Part shown: positions 35,449 to 44,705 of the stretch, piece after piece | How positions within the stretch are numbered: position 1 is the first letter of the stretch | How the letters are laid out: each line of letters starts with the position of its first letter | Origin: a bacterium | GTDB lineage: Bacteria; Patescibacteriota; Patescibacteriia; Patescibacteriales; JAKAJF01 | Length of the DNA: 64,000 bases | NCBI GenBank assembly: GCA_021788015.1 | Contig: JAJYLD010000001.1 | Span: 17,581-81,580 of the forward strand | Direction of reading: 5' to 3' | Translations under genes and position numbers: made by a program | The notes under the pieces: generated by a model | Database searches by the model: none | What the model saw: the letters and a program-made list of their open reading frames with translations, nothing else | What the model was told of the DNA's origin: nothing

Positions 35449-35698
35449 TTAAAGCAAGCTTTTTCTTAGCATTAATTTTAATGTATTTTTTCCTTTTGAT
35501 GTTTTAAAGTAAGTTTCTCTTCTTATGGCATCCTCTTTGTTTAAAAATGCTTCGTAAAAAGTTAAAATTAGCGGACGTCTATTTTTTGGATTTCACTTTT
35601 CCGTTTTTGTGTTCGGCAAATCTTCTTTTTAAATCATCGGTTCTTCCTATGTATAATTTAAAATCTTTCAGACTTTTTAAAATATAAACATGATACAT
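35449..35698 (-). pseudogene. GIY-YIG (UPF0213) nuclease gene with frameshift in an A6 run
   Basis: MYHVYILKSLKDFKLYIGRTDDLKRRFAEHKNGKVKSKK* stops in the run (plus-strand T6 at 35582-35587). The family continues in the +1 frame as KNRRPLILTFYEAFLNKEDAIRRETYFKTSKGKNTLKLMLRKSLL*. Confidence 0.75.
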
Positions 35699-35829
35699 AA
35701 GCAGTTCCGTCATCGCGGCAAATTAAATAAAAGGGTAGAAACCCTTAATCAATTTTAATATAACCGATAAATTTTAAATTGTCAAAGATTTTCATTTGGG
35801 TTATAATAAATTTATATTATAAAATTCTC

Positions 35830-36594
35830 ATGGGAAAAATCATAGCAGTCGTAAATCAAAAGGGTGGAGTGGGAAAGACGACAACCGCGGTCAATCTCGG
35901 CGCGTATTTGGCGTACCTCGGAAAAGGCGTTTTGCTCGTCGATATCGATCCGCAGGCGAATGCGACTTCGGGGATCGGCATCGATCATAAAAATTTGGAA
36001 CACGGAATTTACGAATCTTTGATCGGACAGAAACCGATTTACGAAATTATCAAACGGACGCTTCAGGAAAATTTTAACGTCGCGCCGGCGACGATTTCTC
36101 TCGCCGGAGCGGGAATCGAAATGGTGCATCTTGACGACCGCGAATTCAGACTCGAAAAAATTCTTAAGGAAGTAAGAGACGAATACGATTATATAATAGT
36201 GGACGGACCGCCTTCGCTCGGGCTTTTGACGATAAACAGCTTGGTCGCGGCCGATGAAGTTTTAATTCCGGTGCAAAGCGAATATTTCGCGCTTGAAGGA
36301 TTGGGCCAGCTTTTGAATACGATCGGGCTTGTGCAAAACAATCTGAAACCGAATTTAAGCGTAATGGGCGCGATTATAACCATGTACGACAGCCGCAACC
36401 GCTTGTCCGAATCCGTCATGAACGAACTTCATCAATATTTCCCCAACCGCGTTTTTAGGTCTATAATCCCGAGGAGCGTCCGTCTCGCCGAAGCGCCTAG
36501 TTACGGCCGTTCGATTTTGCATTACGATTCGAAATCTAAAGGTGCGAAAGCGTACGAAAGATTGGCGAGGGAAATCGTGGATTTAGAAAAATGA
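35830..36594 (+). CDS. parA: chromosome partitioning ATPase ParA/Soj
   Basis: MGKIIAVVNQKGGVGKTTTAVNLGAYLA (deviant Walker A), DIDPQANAT, IIVDGPPSLG. Confidence 0.93.
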   Translation: MGKIIAVVNQKGGVGKTTTAVNLGAYLAYLGKGVLLVDIDPQANATSGIGIDHKNLEHGIYESLIGQKPIYEIIKRTLQENFNVAPATISLAGAGIEMVHLDDREFRLEKILKEVRDEYDYIIVDGPPSLGLLTINSLVAADEVLIPVQSEYFALEGLGQLLNTIGLVQNNLKPNLSVMGAIITMYDSRNRLSESVMNELHQYFPNRVFRSIIPRSVRLAEAPSYGRSILHYDSKSKGAKAYERLAREIVDLEK

Positions 36595-36625
36595 TTTTCA
36601 ATTTTCGATTTTCAATTTGCAATTT

Positions 36626-36979
36626 ATGAATGAAGAAGGTTTAAGGGGAAGGACAAAAATATTTGCGCTAAGAATCATTAAATTATTTTCGGTACTTAAT
36701 AAAATCCTGGAAGCAAAAGCCATAGGTAATCAACTGATAAGATCCGGAACATCCGTAGGCGCAAATTACAGAGCGGCTTGTAAGGCGCGTTCAAGAGCTG
36801 AATTTATCTCTAAACTCGGAACTGCGGAAGAAGAAGCGGACGAAAACGCTTTTTAGTTAGAGATTTTAATTGAAGGCAAATTAATTAAAAAAGAGTTGAT
36901 CGAACCATTATTAAGGGAGGCTTGTGAGGTTACCGCAATAATAGCCGCTTCAAAAAAATCAGCTAAAAATAAAAATTAA
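36626..36979 (+). pseudogene. four-helix-bundle (23S rRNA intervening-sequence protein family) gene with TGG-to-TAG nonsense codon
   Basis: ..FALRIIKLFSVL...IGNQLIRSGTSVGANYRAACKARSRAEFISKLGTAEEEADENAF-TAG-LEILIEGKLI... In the family this position reads ..EE.DE..YWLELL, so the TAG at 36854-36856 replaces Trp. Confidence 0.7.
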
Positions 36980-37048
36980 ATTGCAAATTGCAAATAAAAA
37001 AATAGATTGCATTAAAATTTATAATTTGTAATTTAAAATTTTAAATAT

Positions 37049-37927
37049 ATGTCCAATGGTCTTGGTAGGGGATTAAGCTCTCTTATCCCACAAAAAGTGA
37101 ATAAAGCCGGAACGACGCAAAGCGGCGAAGCTTTGGTGCATGTCATTTCGGAAGAAGACAAAAACAAAGTTTTGCAAATCGAAGTCGAGAAAATAAAAGT
37201 CAATCCCATGCAGCCTCGAAAAAATTTTTCCGAGACGGAATTGAACGAACTCGTCGATTCGATTAAAAAATACGGGATCATCCAGCCCCTGATCGTAACG
37301 GAAAAGAACGGAGATTTCGAATTGATCGCGGGAGAGCGAAGACTCAGGGCTTCAAAAATCTTGGGACTGGAAAAAATTCCGGTCATAATCCGCGACGCCT
37401 CGAGCCAGCAAAAATTGGAAGTGGCTTTGATCGAAAATGTGCAAAGAGAAAATTTAAACGCGATCGAAACGGCGCTCGCTTACCGAAAACTTATCGATGA
37501 ATTCAGTTTAAGTCAGGAAGAAGTCGCGAGCCGGGTCAGCAAATCGCGTCCGTCCGTTACGAACACATTAAGACTTTTGAATTTGCCAGACGAAATCCAG
37601 GCGGCTCTAATCGAGGGCAGGATTTCGGAAGGCCATGCCAAGTTATTGGTTGGAGTAGATAATGAAGCGAAGCGGATGGCGCTTTTCCGGAAAATCGTTC
37701 ATAGCGGTTTGTCGGTAAGCGACACTTACGACGAAACGCGAAGACTCGGCGGAACGAAACAGGCGAGAATAAAAATAAATTACGCGGACAAGGACAAGGA
37801 ATTCGCTTTCCGCGAGTTTTTCGGAACGAAAGTGGAAATTAAAAGAAAAGGGAAGGGCGGTCAGGTGATTTTGGATTTTTTTAGCGATGAAGAATTGAGT
37901 GCGATGGTCGAGAAGGTAAAAAAGTGA
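37049..37927 (+). CDS. parB: chromosome partitioning protein ParB/Spo0J
   Basis: GLGRGLSSLIP, IKVNPMQPRKNF, GIIQPLIV, ELIAGERRLRASK, and the HTH region SQEEVASRVSKSRPSVTNTLRLL. Confidence 0.93.
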   Translation: MSNGLGRGLSSLIPQKVNKAGTTQSGEALVHVISEEDKNKVLQIEVEKIKVNPMQPRKNFSETELNELVDSIKKYGIIQPLIVTEKNGDFELIAGERRLRASKILGLEKIPVIIRDASSQQKLEVALIENVQRENLNAIETALAYRKLIDEFSLSQEEVASRVSKSRPSVTNTLRLLNLPDEIQAALIEGRISEGHAKLLVGVDNEAKRMALFRKIVHSGLSVSDTYDETRRLGGTKQARIKINYADKDKEFAFREFFGTKVEIKRKGKGGQVILDFFSDEELSAMVEKVKK

Positions 37928-38000
37928 ACCGTTGAAGCGCGCTGAGGCACACTGAATGCACTGAAAGTTTATTACGTCGTCAGAGTTTATACAGAAATAA

Positions 38001-38092
38001 CTCAAAACTCAAATGTCAAAAGTCAAAACTGCAACTTAAAATTCAAAACTTTTTAGCTTTTAGTTTTGGTTTTTGAGTTTTGCGTTTTGAGA
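38001..38092. repeat. AT-rich palindromic intergenic element (caaaactcaaa family), copy 3
   Basis: ctcaaaactcaaatgtcaaaagtcaaaactgcaacttaaaattcaaaac...tagttttggtttttgagttttgcgttttgag. Confidence 0.6.
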
Positions 38093-38224
38093 ATTTAGAT
38101 ATTTTAAAAAACGCTTCTCGCGTTCTTTTTTATTTTTGGGCAAATTTAAGGGAGCCTTTTTAGGGGCTCCCCGAGGTGTGTGCGGCCGGAACCGTTTTGG
38201 GTTCGGCCATTTTTTCGAGGTCAT
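38060..38224 (-). CDS. 54-aa highly basic small ORF
   Basis: ATG at 38224, 3 nt after AAGGGAGG. MTSKKWPNPKRFRPHTPRGAPKKAPLNLPKNKKEREKRFLKYLNSQNAKLKNQN*. The 3' part runs into the AT-rich palindrome, so the true end is uncertain. Confidence 0.35.
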   Translation of the reverse strand: MTSKKWPNPKRFRPHTPRGAPKKAPLNLPKNKKEREKRFLKYLNSQNAKLKNQN

Positions 38225-38556
38225 AAACCTCCCTTTCTGCCCCGACGTTTCGGGGCGGCGTTTTTTTCCGGAAAAGGGGAGGGGGCCGGCTTTCTTTGGG
38301 AAGCGTCCCATAAAGCCGGCCGGCGAGTGCGCTATCCTGCCTGCCGTTAAGATGTCGGCCTAGTTGGAGTGGGGGGCGGACTGGCGGCGTGCGCATTCGC
38401 TTCCGAATGCCTACTCAAATGGTTCCGTTTTGGCCGGAGGAACTCGGCAAAGTCTCCCGGCCCTTTGATGGACGGCTTTATGCCAGAGCCATCAATCATT
38501 CGGTGGCATCAGAATCCCTCCCTTGTTTTTCCGTACGTGCGTCCGGGCGCCCAGGG
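38225..38556 (-). ncRNA. GC-rich highly structured RNA region (leader or ncRNA, unclassified)
   Basis: Minus-strand helices: GGCCGGCTTT/AAAGCCGGCC (10 bp perfect, 38284-38321) enclosing GGGA-CGCT-TCCC; GCCCCGA-AACG-TCGGGGC; GCATTCG-GAAG-CGAATGC; TGATGG..CCATCA; and CCTCCCCTTT pairing with the AAAGGGAGG RBS of the ORF at 38224. Both-strand track ORFs here look like GC artefacts. Confidence 0.4.
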
Positions 38557-38709
38557 TTATATCTTTATTATCTGGTCCAGGCCCGCGCTCTCGGCGGCGA
38601 TCAGCTCGGTCGTCTTCTTCATCTCGGCGTTCTTCAGGCCCACGTCGTGGCCGGCGGCGAAATTGGATAAGGTCCTCATATGGTCGGCTCTCTTGGTGTG
38701 TCCGTTCAT
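38557..38709 (-). CDS. 50-aa small ORF
   Basis: ATG at 38709 behind GGAGGAAACAAACCAC. MNGHTKRADHMRTLSNFAAGHDVGLKNAEMKKTTELIAAESAGLDQIIKI*. No family recognised. Confidence 0.4.
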   Translation of the reverse strand: MNGHTKRADHMRTLSNFAAGHDVGLKNAEMKKTTELIAAESAGLDQIIKI

Positions 38710-39095
38710 GTGGTTTGTTTCCTCCGTGTTGTCTTTTTTCGATTTTACTTCTTTTTGGATTTTGGTTTTTTTTGCTCTCTGGTTCTGCAAACGACGACTA
38801 CCGCGAATTAGGACAAATGGATACCTACCCTCCTTTCGTTATAAATTAAAATTAATTTTTATGCCGTCTCCTGTTTTAGGAAGTCGGCATTTTAAGGACA
38901 AAATTTTTATTATCCACAAAATGCCGAATTCCTTGACTCTCGAAAAATATCTAATTTTAGGGTTATTTAAAGAACATGATTACTCAATAATGAAATATTA
39001 GCAAAACTAATTTTAAAAATCAAGCAACAAACGTTTTAATTTAGCATGGAGTTAAAAGTTTGTCAAGGACCGAAAGATAAAGGGGAATTTGATAT

Positions 39096-39123
39096 TTGAC
39101 ATTTTCGTAAAATTTATTAAAAT
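39096..39123 (+). promoter_or_regulatory. sigma-70-type promoter candidate
   Basis: TTGACA (39096-39101), 16 nt, TAAAAT (39118-39123), about 50 nt upstream of the ORF at 39176. Confidence 0.45.
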
Positions 39124-39175
39124 TGATTAAATTTGGAGAAAATTCGAAAAATTCAATAAAGAAGGGGGATTTCGA

Positions 39176-39814
39176 ATGAAGATTGTATCGGCATCAGCTC
39201 TTTACAAAGGCGGCGATCTTTGCCCCATATGCGGCAGGGAAAAGGAAAAAGGAGTGGTATTTTGCTCATCATGCTGGAAGCCCGAATTGATGGAAGAAAT
39301 TTACGCCATCGAAAGGGCGCAGAGGTTGATTGATCTCGCCAACGAGCGGCTTGCTTCGAGGAGAAAAGCGGTTTCCAAAAAGCCGGTCCTCTCTTTATTC
39401 AGGATCAGCCAGAACGCAAGATGGCACAAGGAGATAAAAGAGGTTCCGGTTTCGTACCTCGAAACATCTTTTTCTATCCCGGATCCTTTGGGCGAAGGGA
39501 TCGGGAGTTTGCCGGTTTTCGTTTTCGGGGTCAACCAAAATGATGCTGGCAGAACAATATCCGTTCTCGCGGAGCTTAAGAAAAAAATGGCCAGAGTGAA
39601 CGGAGAAAAAAGAGGAATAAAGTATCTGCGTCTGCAGAAAGTCGATTTTCACAATCTGCGGCCGGATGTGTGTCTGCATATTACCGTACACAAAGATGCG
39701 CGGGAATTATTCGTGCCCGGCCTGCCCCAGCTCGCTCTTACGGATTTCTTCGATTACAAAAATCCGCACAAAGAGCAGTTTAAAAAATTTCTTATGGGTT
39801 TCATCAAAGCGTAA
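39176..39814 (+). CDS. hypothetical protein with N-terminal zinc-ribbon (CPICG...CSSCW)
   Basis: 212-aa ORF with RBS agaaggggg. No family recognised. Confidence 0.55.
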   Translation: MKIVSASALYKGGDLCPICGREKEKGVVFCSSCWKPELMEEIYAIERAQRLIDLANERLASRRKAVSKKPVLSLFRISQNARWHKEIKEVPVSYLETSFSIPDPLGEGIGSLPVFVFGVNQNDAGRTISVLAELKKKMARVNGEKRGIKYLRLQKVDFHNLRPDVCLHITVHKDARELFVPGLPQLALTDFFDYKNPHKEQFKKFLMGFIKA

Positions 39815-39863
39815 CTTCGGTCGCGCTTTTTTTCTTGCAAAAAACGCAATTTTACGCTAAGAT

Positions 39864-41255
39864 ATGGCTATGCCTAAATTATTTTTATATAACACTTTAA
39901 CGCGGAAAAAAGAAGAATTCAAACCGATTTACGATGGTATGGTCGGGCTTTATACTTGCGGTCCGACCGTTTACAATTACGCGCATTTGGGAAATTTAAG
40001 AACATATATTTTTGAAGACATTTTAAAGCGTGTTCTTTTTTACGACGGCTATAAAGTCAGGCATGTCATGAACATAACCGATGTCGGGCATCTGACCGGA
40101 GACATGGATATGGGCGAAGACAAGCTCGAAGTCGAAGCAAAGCGCGAGGGAAAAACGGCTTGGGAGATCGCCGAGTTTTATACTCAAGCGTTTAAAAATG
40201 ACATAAAAAAATTAAACATTTTGGAGCCGGAAGAATGGTGCAAAGCGACGGACAATATTCAAGAACAAATTGATTTGGTCAAAAAGCTCGAAGAGCAAGG
40301 CTATACCTATAAAACGAGCGATGGCATCTATTTCGATACTTCGAAATTCAAAGATTATACGAAATTGAGCCATCTTGATTTGGAAAAACTGAAAGAAGGC
40401 GCGCGTGTCGAGAGAAATCCGGAAAAGGAAAACCCGACCGATTTCGCGCTTTGGAAATTTTCTCCAAAAGGAGAAAAACGACAAATGGAATGGGACAGTC
40501 CGTGGGGAATCGGCTTTCCGGGATGGCATATCGAATGCTCGGCCATGAGCATGAAATATTTGGGAAAGCATCTTGATATCCATTGCGGCGGCATCGATCA
40601 TATCAACGTCCATCACACGAACGAAATCGCGCAATCGGAAGCGGCAACGGGCGAGAAGTTTTTCAATTACTGGGCGCACGGAGCTTTTTTAAACATCGCG
40701 GGAGGTAAGAAAATGGCGAAGAGCGAAGAAAATTTCTTGACGGTCGAAAACGCTTTGGAAAAGAAAGGAATCAATCCGCTTGTTTACAGATTTGCCGCTT
40801 TGCAGGTTCATTATCGCAAGCCGATGGAATACGGCGAAGACGCGATGCGCACGGCGCAAAACGGGCTTGAACATTTATATAACAAGGTACGCGAACTTGG
40901 CAATGAAAAGGGAAAAATCGACGAAGAATTTAAAGATGAATTTTTAAAAGCGATCAATGATGACTTGAACATGCCCAGGGCATTGGCCGTCGTTCAGGAA
41001 GTTTTAAAATCGAATTTGGCGAATGAAGATAAACGGGCGACGATTTTGGATTTCGATGCGGTTTTGGGATTGGGGTTTGTTGATGCGGTTATAGGAGTGG
41101 AATTGCCGGCGGAGATAAAATCACTCGTGGAAAAACGCGAGCAGGCAAGAAGGGAAAAAAACTTTCAGGAATCGGATCGCTTGCGCAAAGAAATTGAGAG
41201 CAGGGGTTATATCCTTGAGGATACGAAAGAGGGAGTCAGGGTCGTTAAGCGTTGA
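39864..41255 (+). CDS. cysS: cysteine--tRNA ligase
   Basis: Class I motifs: [17 protein letters not shown] (HIGH region) and KMAKS (KMSKS variant). WHIECSAM is also present. Confidence 0.95.
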   Translation: MAMPKLFLYNTLTRKKEEFKPIYDGMVGLYTCGPTVYNYAHLGNLRTYIFEDILKRVLFYDGYKVRHVMNITDVGHLTGDMDMGEDKLEVEAKREGKTAWEIAEFYTQAFKNDIKKLNILEPEEWCKATDNIQEQIDLVKKLEEQGYTYKTSDGIYFDTSKFKDYTKLSHLDLEKLKEGARVERNPEKENPTDFALWKFSPKGEKRQMEWDSPWGIGFPGWHIECSAMSMKYLGKHLDIHCGGIDHINVHHTNEIAQSEAATGEKFFNYWAHGAFLNIAGGKKMAKSEENFLTVENALEKKGINPLVYRFAALQVHYRKPMEYGEDAMRTAQNGLEHLYNKVRELGNEKGKIDEEFKDEFLKAINDDLNMPRALAVVQEVLKSNLANEDKRATILDFDAVLGLGFVDAVIGVELPAEIKSLVEKREQARREKNFQESDRLRKEIESRGYILEDTKEGVRVVKR

Positions 41256-41279
41256 CATGTTCAAATAATTTTTGTAAAA
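41251..41279 (+). promoter_or_regulatory. sigma-70-type promoter candidate overlapping the cysS stop
   Basis: TTGACA (41251-41256), 17 nt, TAAAAT (41274-41279). Confidence 0.45.
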
Positions 41280-41545
41280 TTTTAGTATCACTTACTGTTC
41301 CGGATGGAGTAAAGTCGGCGCGCAGTGTCCACGCTGGAGAATTTCCGGACACCTCTAGAATACTTACAATTTACCAAAACAGAGATGGTCTTTTCAGCTG
41401 GTCCCTGCCGGAAGGAATGATGGACAGTCCCTTCTGGAAAAGGTTCGGCATTTTTATTCCCGACTACGTTAAGCCGGGGGATGTTGTTACAATTTTATGG
41501 CAGGACGAAACCTGCGCTTGCGCAAAGTTGCTCTTACCTATCTAA
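41252..41545 (+). CDS. hypothetical small protein (start uncertain)
   Basis: 97-aa track ORF. Its 5' part overlaps the promoter-like signal, so the real start may be internal (e.g. [10 protein letters not shown]...). No family recognised. Confidence 0.3.
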   Translation: MTCSNNFCKILVSLTVPDGVKSARSVHAGEFPDTSRILTIYQNRDGLFSWSLPEGMMDSPFWKRFGIFIPDYVKPGDVVTILWQDETCACAKLLLPI

Positions 41546-41584
41546 TGGCCCTTAACAAGCGGCCTTTTTATTTAAAATAAAAAG

Positions 41585-41607
41585 AGTACGTTCAATTTGA
41601 ACGTACT
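41585..41607. terminator. palindromic terminator overlapping the GGDEF gene stop
   Basis: AGTACGTTCAA-T-TTGAACGTACT. On the minus strand it is followed by CTTTTTATTTT. Confidence 0.6.
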
Positions 41608-42158
41608 TTGCTCGGCAAAAGAATTATTTTTTCCTTGCTTCTTTTAATTTTATACATCATTTCATCCGCTCGATCAATCAACTCAAGCGGACTTACATCT
41701 TCGCCGGGTTTATATTCCGTAATTCCTATGCTCGCCTTAATTTTATGGTCGGCGAGCAATTTTTTGGCAAAGATTTTGGCACTGTTATTATCCGTTTCCG
41801 GGAGAACGACCACGAATTCATCGCCTCCGTATCGCGCGCATAAATCGGACGACCTTGTATAGCGCTTGATTGTTTCGCCTACATAGGCCAGGTGTCGATC
41901 GCCCTCGATATGCCCCTCCGTGTCGTTCAGTTTTTTGAACCCGTCAAGATCCATAAACAAAACGGATAATTTGCGGCCGTATCGATCGGATCGATCCATT
42001 TCCAATTTCAGTTCTCTCGCCAGCCCCCGACGATTTAAAAGTCCGGTGAGATCGTCTATGGCGGCTTGCTGTTTCAGCTTTTCATTTTCGCGCCGCAATG
42101 ATATATTCTTTATCAATGCGACTATGAGTAAGGCTAAAATTAAAAAAAGAGCATACAT
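41592..42158 (-). CDS. membrane-anchored GGDEF diguanylate cyclase
   Basis: ATG at 42158 (MYALFLILALLIVALI) behind GGGAGGAC. DDLTGLLNRRG, FMDLDGFKKLND, RYGGDEFVVVL. Confidence 0.88.
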   Translation of the reverse strand: MYALFLILALLIVALIKNISLRRENEKLKQQAAIDDLTGLLNRRGLARELKLEMDRSDRYGRKLSVLFMDLDGFKKLNDTEGHIEGDRHLAYVGETIKRYTRSSDLCARYGGDEFVVVLPETDNNSAKIFAKKLLADHKIKASIGITEYKPGEDVSPLELIDRADEMMYKIKRSKEKIILLPSKVRSN

Positions 42159-42218
42159 GCCTAAAGTCCTCCCATTTTGTTTTTTTATCAAGGCAAAACA
42201 TCTGACTTTACAATAAAA

Positions 42219-43190
42219 ATGAAAAAACGTCAAGACTTTTGGAAAGAATTAAAAAAACGAGGGAAAATATACGCTTTGGCGCCAATGGCCGGCGTTACCG
42301 ATAGCGCGTTTCGGCAAATTTGCAAATCATACGGAGCCGATGTCGTTTACAGCGAAATGGCGAGCGCGACCGCTTTGACTTTTAATCCGAAAGAAACTTT
42401 GGACATGCTTAAGTTTGAAAAAATGGAACGGCCGTACGTCGTGCAACTGTTCGGAAGCAAGCCCGAACATTTCGCAGTCGCGGCGAAATTGGTAGCAAAG
42501 AAAATAAAGCCGGACGGAATCGATATCAACTTCGGATGTCCGGTCAAAAAAGTGCAAAAGCAGCATGCCGGCGCATCGCTCATGAGCGATTTGCGATTAT
42601 CGAAGAAAGTAATCGAGGCAGTTTTAGAAAATGCGAATTTGCCGGTTTCCGTAAAAATGAGAAGCGCGTCGGGTAAAATAGACGCGATAAAATTTTTAAA
42701 GAACATTGGAAATCTGAAAGTGAGCGCGGTCATGATTCATGGCAGAACGATGGCGCAGGGACACGCGGGAGAAGCGGATTGGAAAATTATCAGAGAGGCG
42801 CGGAAACATTTCCGGGGCGTTCTTCTCGCGAACGGAGGAATTACGAGCGCGGAAGACGCTCGAGCAATGCTCGAAAAAACCGGCGCGGACGGAGCGGGGA
42901 TCGCGCGCGGCGCCTTGGGCAGGCCGTGGATATTTAAAAATATAAAAAATAAAAAATTAAAAATAAAAAATGAGGATGTTTTCAAGATTGCCTTAAAGCA
43001 TTCGAGGCTGGCTTATAAACTGAAAGGCAAGCGGGGGGTTATTGAAATGAGAAAACATTTATGTTGGTATGTTTCGGGCATGTCGAACGCGAGCGAGTTG
43101 AGGAGGGAATTGGTGAAGGTGGAAAAAATAAACAAGATAAAGAGCATCTTGATAACGGATAACAAAAAAATTCTAAATCCTAATATCTAA
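42219..43190 (+). CDS. dus: tRNA-dihydrouridine synthase
   Basis: ATG at 42219. LAPMAGVTDSAFRQICKSYGADVVYSEM, GIDINFGCP, VMIHGRT. Confidence 0.9.
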   Translation: MKKRQDFWKELKKRGKIYALAPMAGVTDSAFRQICKSYGADVVYSEMASATALTFNPKETLDMLKFEKMERPYVVQLFGSKPEHFAVAAKLVAKKIKPDGIDINFGCPVKKVQKQHAGASLMSDLRLSKKVIEAVLENANLPVSVKMRSASGKIDAIKFLKNIGNLKVSAVMIHGRTMAQGHAGEADWKIIREARKHFRGVLLANGGITSAEDARAMLEKTGADGAGIARGALGRPWIFKNIKNKKLKIKNEDVFKIALKHSRLAYKLKGKRGVIEMRKHLCWYVSGMSNASELRRELVKVEKINKIKSILITDNKKILNPNI

Positions 43191-43325
43191 ACTCTAAACA
43201 ATATCGGATGACAAAAATAAAAATTCAAAATGTTTTGGTTATTTGAATTTTATAGCTTTGGATTTGTTCAATCTGCCGGCCGGCCGGCGGGGATTTAGAA
43301 ATTAGGATTTAGGATTTATAATTTT
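43170..43325. repeat. left arm of long inverted repeat flanking corA
   Basis: ttctaaatcctaatatctaaactctaaacaatatcggatgacaaaaataaaaattcaaaatgttttgg... is the near-exact reverse complement of 44313-44450. It carries a 25-nt GC insert (gttcaatctgccggccggccggcgg). Confidence 0.7.
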
Positions 43326-43347
43326 GTTTGTTTTCCGTCGTCTAAAG

Positions 43348-44310
43348 TTACAGCCATTTTTTCTTCTTAAAGAACATAAGCATGCCGGCCGCTATTAAAG
43401 CCATAAATCCGATGATTATCCAGAAACCGTGCTTCCCGTGAATAAAAGGCATGCCGTCGACCGTGTTCATGCTAAAAATCGTCGCGAACAGAGTCAAAGG
43501 AAAAACGATAACGGAAAAAATGGTCAAAGTTTTGATGACGTCGTTCAATTTATAATTCAAGAGAGATTCATTCGTTTCGTATAGAATGTCAACCATTTCT
43601 TTTTGATTTTCAAGAATTTCCCAAATCGTTTTCGAATGCTCGATCAAATCCTTGTAAAATCTTATTATTTCTTCGTTCATGACGATATGGTTTTTCATTT
43701 CGAGAAGTTTTTTGAAAATGTTTTTATGGTTCTGCATGATTTTCCTGAAGTTGATGATATTGAGGCGCAAAGCCAAAATTTCCGAAATCGCCTTTTTTCT
43801 TTCGGGCGAAAAAATCATGTTTTCGACATTTTGTATTTCCAAGCTGTTTTTGTCGATAAGCGAATAGCATGAGAGCATCAATTTTTCCAAAACCTCGTAA
43901 AGCAGGACGGCCGTCGATCCGAATTCGCAAGCCAGGAAAGAGCTCCCGTCCTTTTTGCACAAATTGAACAAAATGTTGAGATGCGGCACGTTGTTATGAA
44001 TCGTCGCCAAATATGTCTCACTTATGAAAAAATCAAACTCATCCGGCACGATTTTCCCGTCCTTCAAGGCGGGAAATTGCAAAATCAAAAAAAGATAACC
44101 GTTACCCTGGCTTAGGCTCGGCCGTTGCGCGATCGCTTTTGCGGAGGAAGCCTGAAGATGACTGAGATTGAAATTGTATTCCTTCCGCAAATATTCGATT
44201 TCTTTTTTTCCGGCGTTGGTGATATTAAGCCAAACAAGTTCATTGTCGAGAGCCGGATTGCTAATGGCAACTTGTTGAATCGTTTTTGAAATTTGATTGA
44301 ATCTGGACAT
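43348..44310 (-). CDS. corA: CorA-family magnesium/cobalt transporter
   Basis: 320 aa. Two C-terminal TM helices with ..FATIFSMNTVDGMPF.. (GMN-type motif). Confidence 0.85.
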   Translation of the reverse strand: MSRFNQISKTIQQVAISNPALDNELVWLNITNAGKKEIEYLRKEYNFNLSHLQASSAKAIAQRPSLSQGNGYLFLILQFPALKDGKIVPDEFDFFISETYLATIHNNVPHLNILFNLCKKDGSSFLACEFGSTAVLLYEVLEKLMLSCYSLIDKNSLEIQNVENMIFSPERKKAISEILALRLNIINFRKIMQNHKNIFKKLLEMKNHIVMNEEIIRFYKDLIEHSKTIWEILENQKEMVDILYETNESLLNYKLNDVIKTLTIFSVIVFPLTLFATIFSMNTVDGMPFIHGKHGFWIIIGFMALIAAGMLMFFKKKKWL

Positions 44311-44312
44311 AA

Positions 44313-44450
44313 ATAAATAAAATCCTAAATCCTAATTTCCAAATCCTAAATAAATCCGAAATTATAAATCCAAATGACCAAAATGTTTTGAATTTTTATT
44401 TTTTGTCATCCGATATTGCTTAGAGTTTTAGATATTAGAAATTAGATTTT
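44313..44450. repeat. right arm of long inverted repeat flanking corA
   Basis: ...caaatgaccaaaatgttttgaatttttattttttgtcatccgatattgcttagagttttagatattagaaattagattt; see the left arm. Confidence 0.7.
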
Positions 44451-44574
44451 TTAAAATTTAAATTCGGGTTGGAATTTAAATTTATTCGGGTCATTCGAAA
44501 TAAATCGGCAGATTCCGATTACTTATATTATAGCACACCTTGACAGGTTTACGAAAATTTAATAAGATGAAAAC

Positions 44575-44705
44575 ATGAATCCCGTTAGAAGCCGCGATCG
44601 CTTTGGCGGGGAAAAGCATATAAATAAAAGATTAAATTAAACTATCCGCATTAAATTAAGCAGATAAAGAAAAACGATCGCGATCTGCTTCTAGCGAGAT
44701 GAATC
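44575..44705. repeat. MITE-like structured repeat, copy B
   Basis: ATGAATCCCGTTAGAAGCCGCGATCGCTT...CGATCGCGATCTGCTTCTAGCGAG, bounded by direct ATGAATC at 44575 and 44699. Confidence 0.6.

Noticed and set aside
38130-38560. RNase P RNA, tmRNA or 6S RNA in the GC-rich 38.2-38.6 kb region.
   Set aside because: No GAGGAAAGUCC / ACAGAACCCGGCUUA-type P4 strands, no tRNA-like acceptor/T-arm 3' end and no tag reading frame were found on either strand. It is kept only as an unclassified structured RNA.
43300-44360. CRISPR-like or tandem-repeat arrays in the aaatcctaaatcctaa / ttaggatttagg stretches.
   Set aside because: These are short low-complexity words within inverted-repeat arms. There is no regular repeat-spacer periodicity and there are no cas genes.
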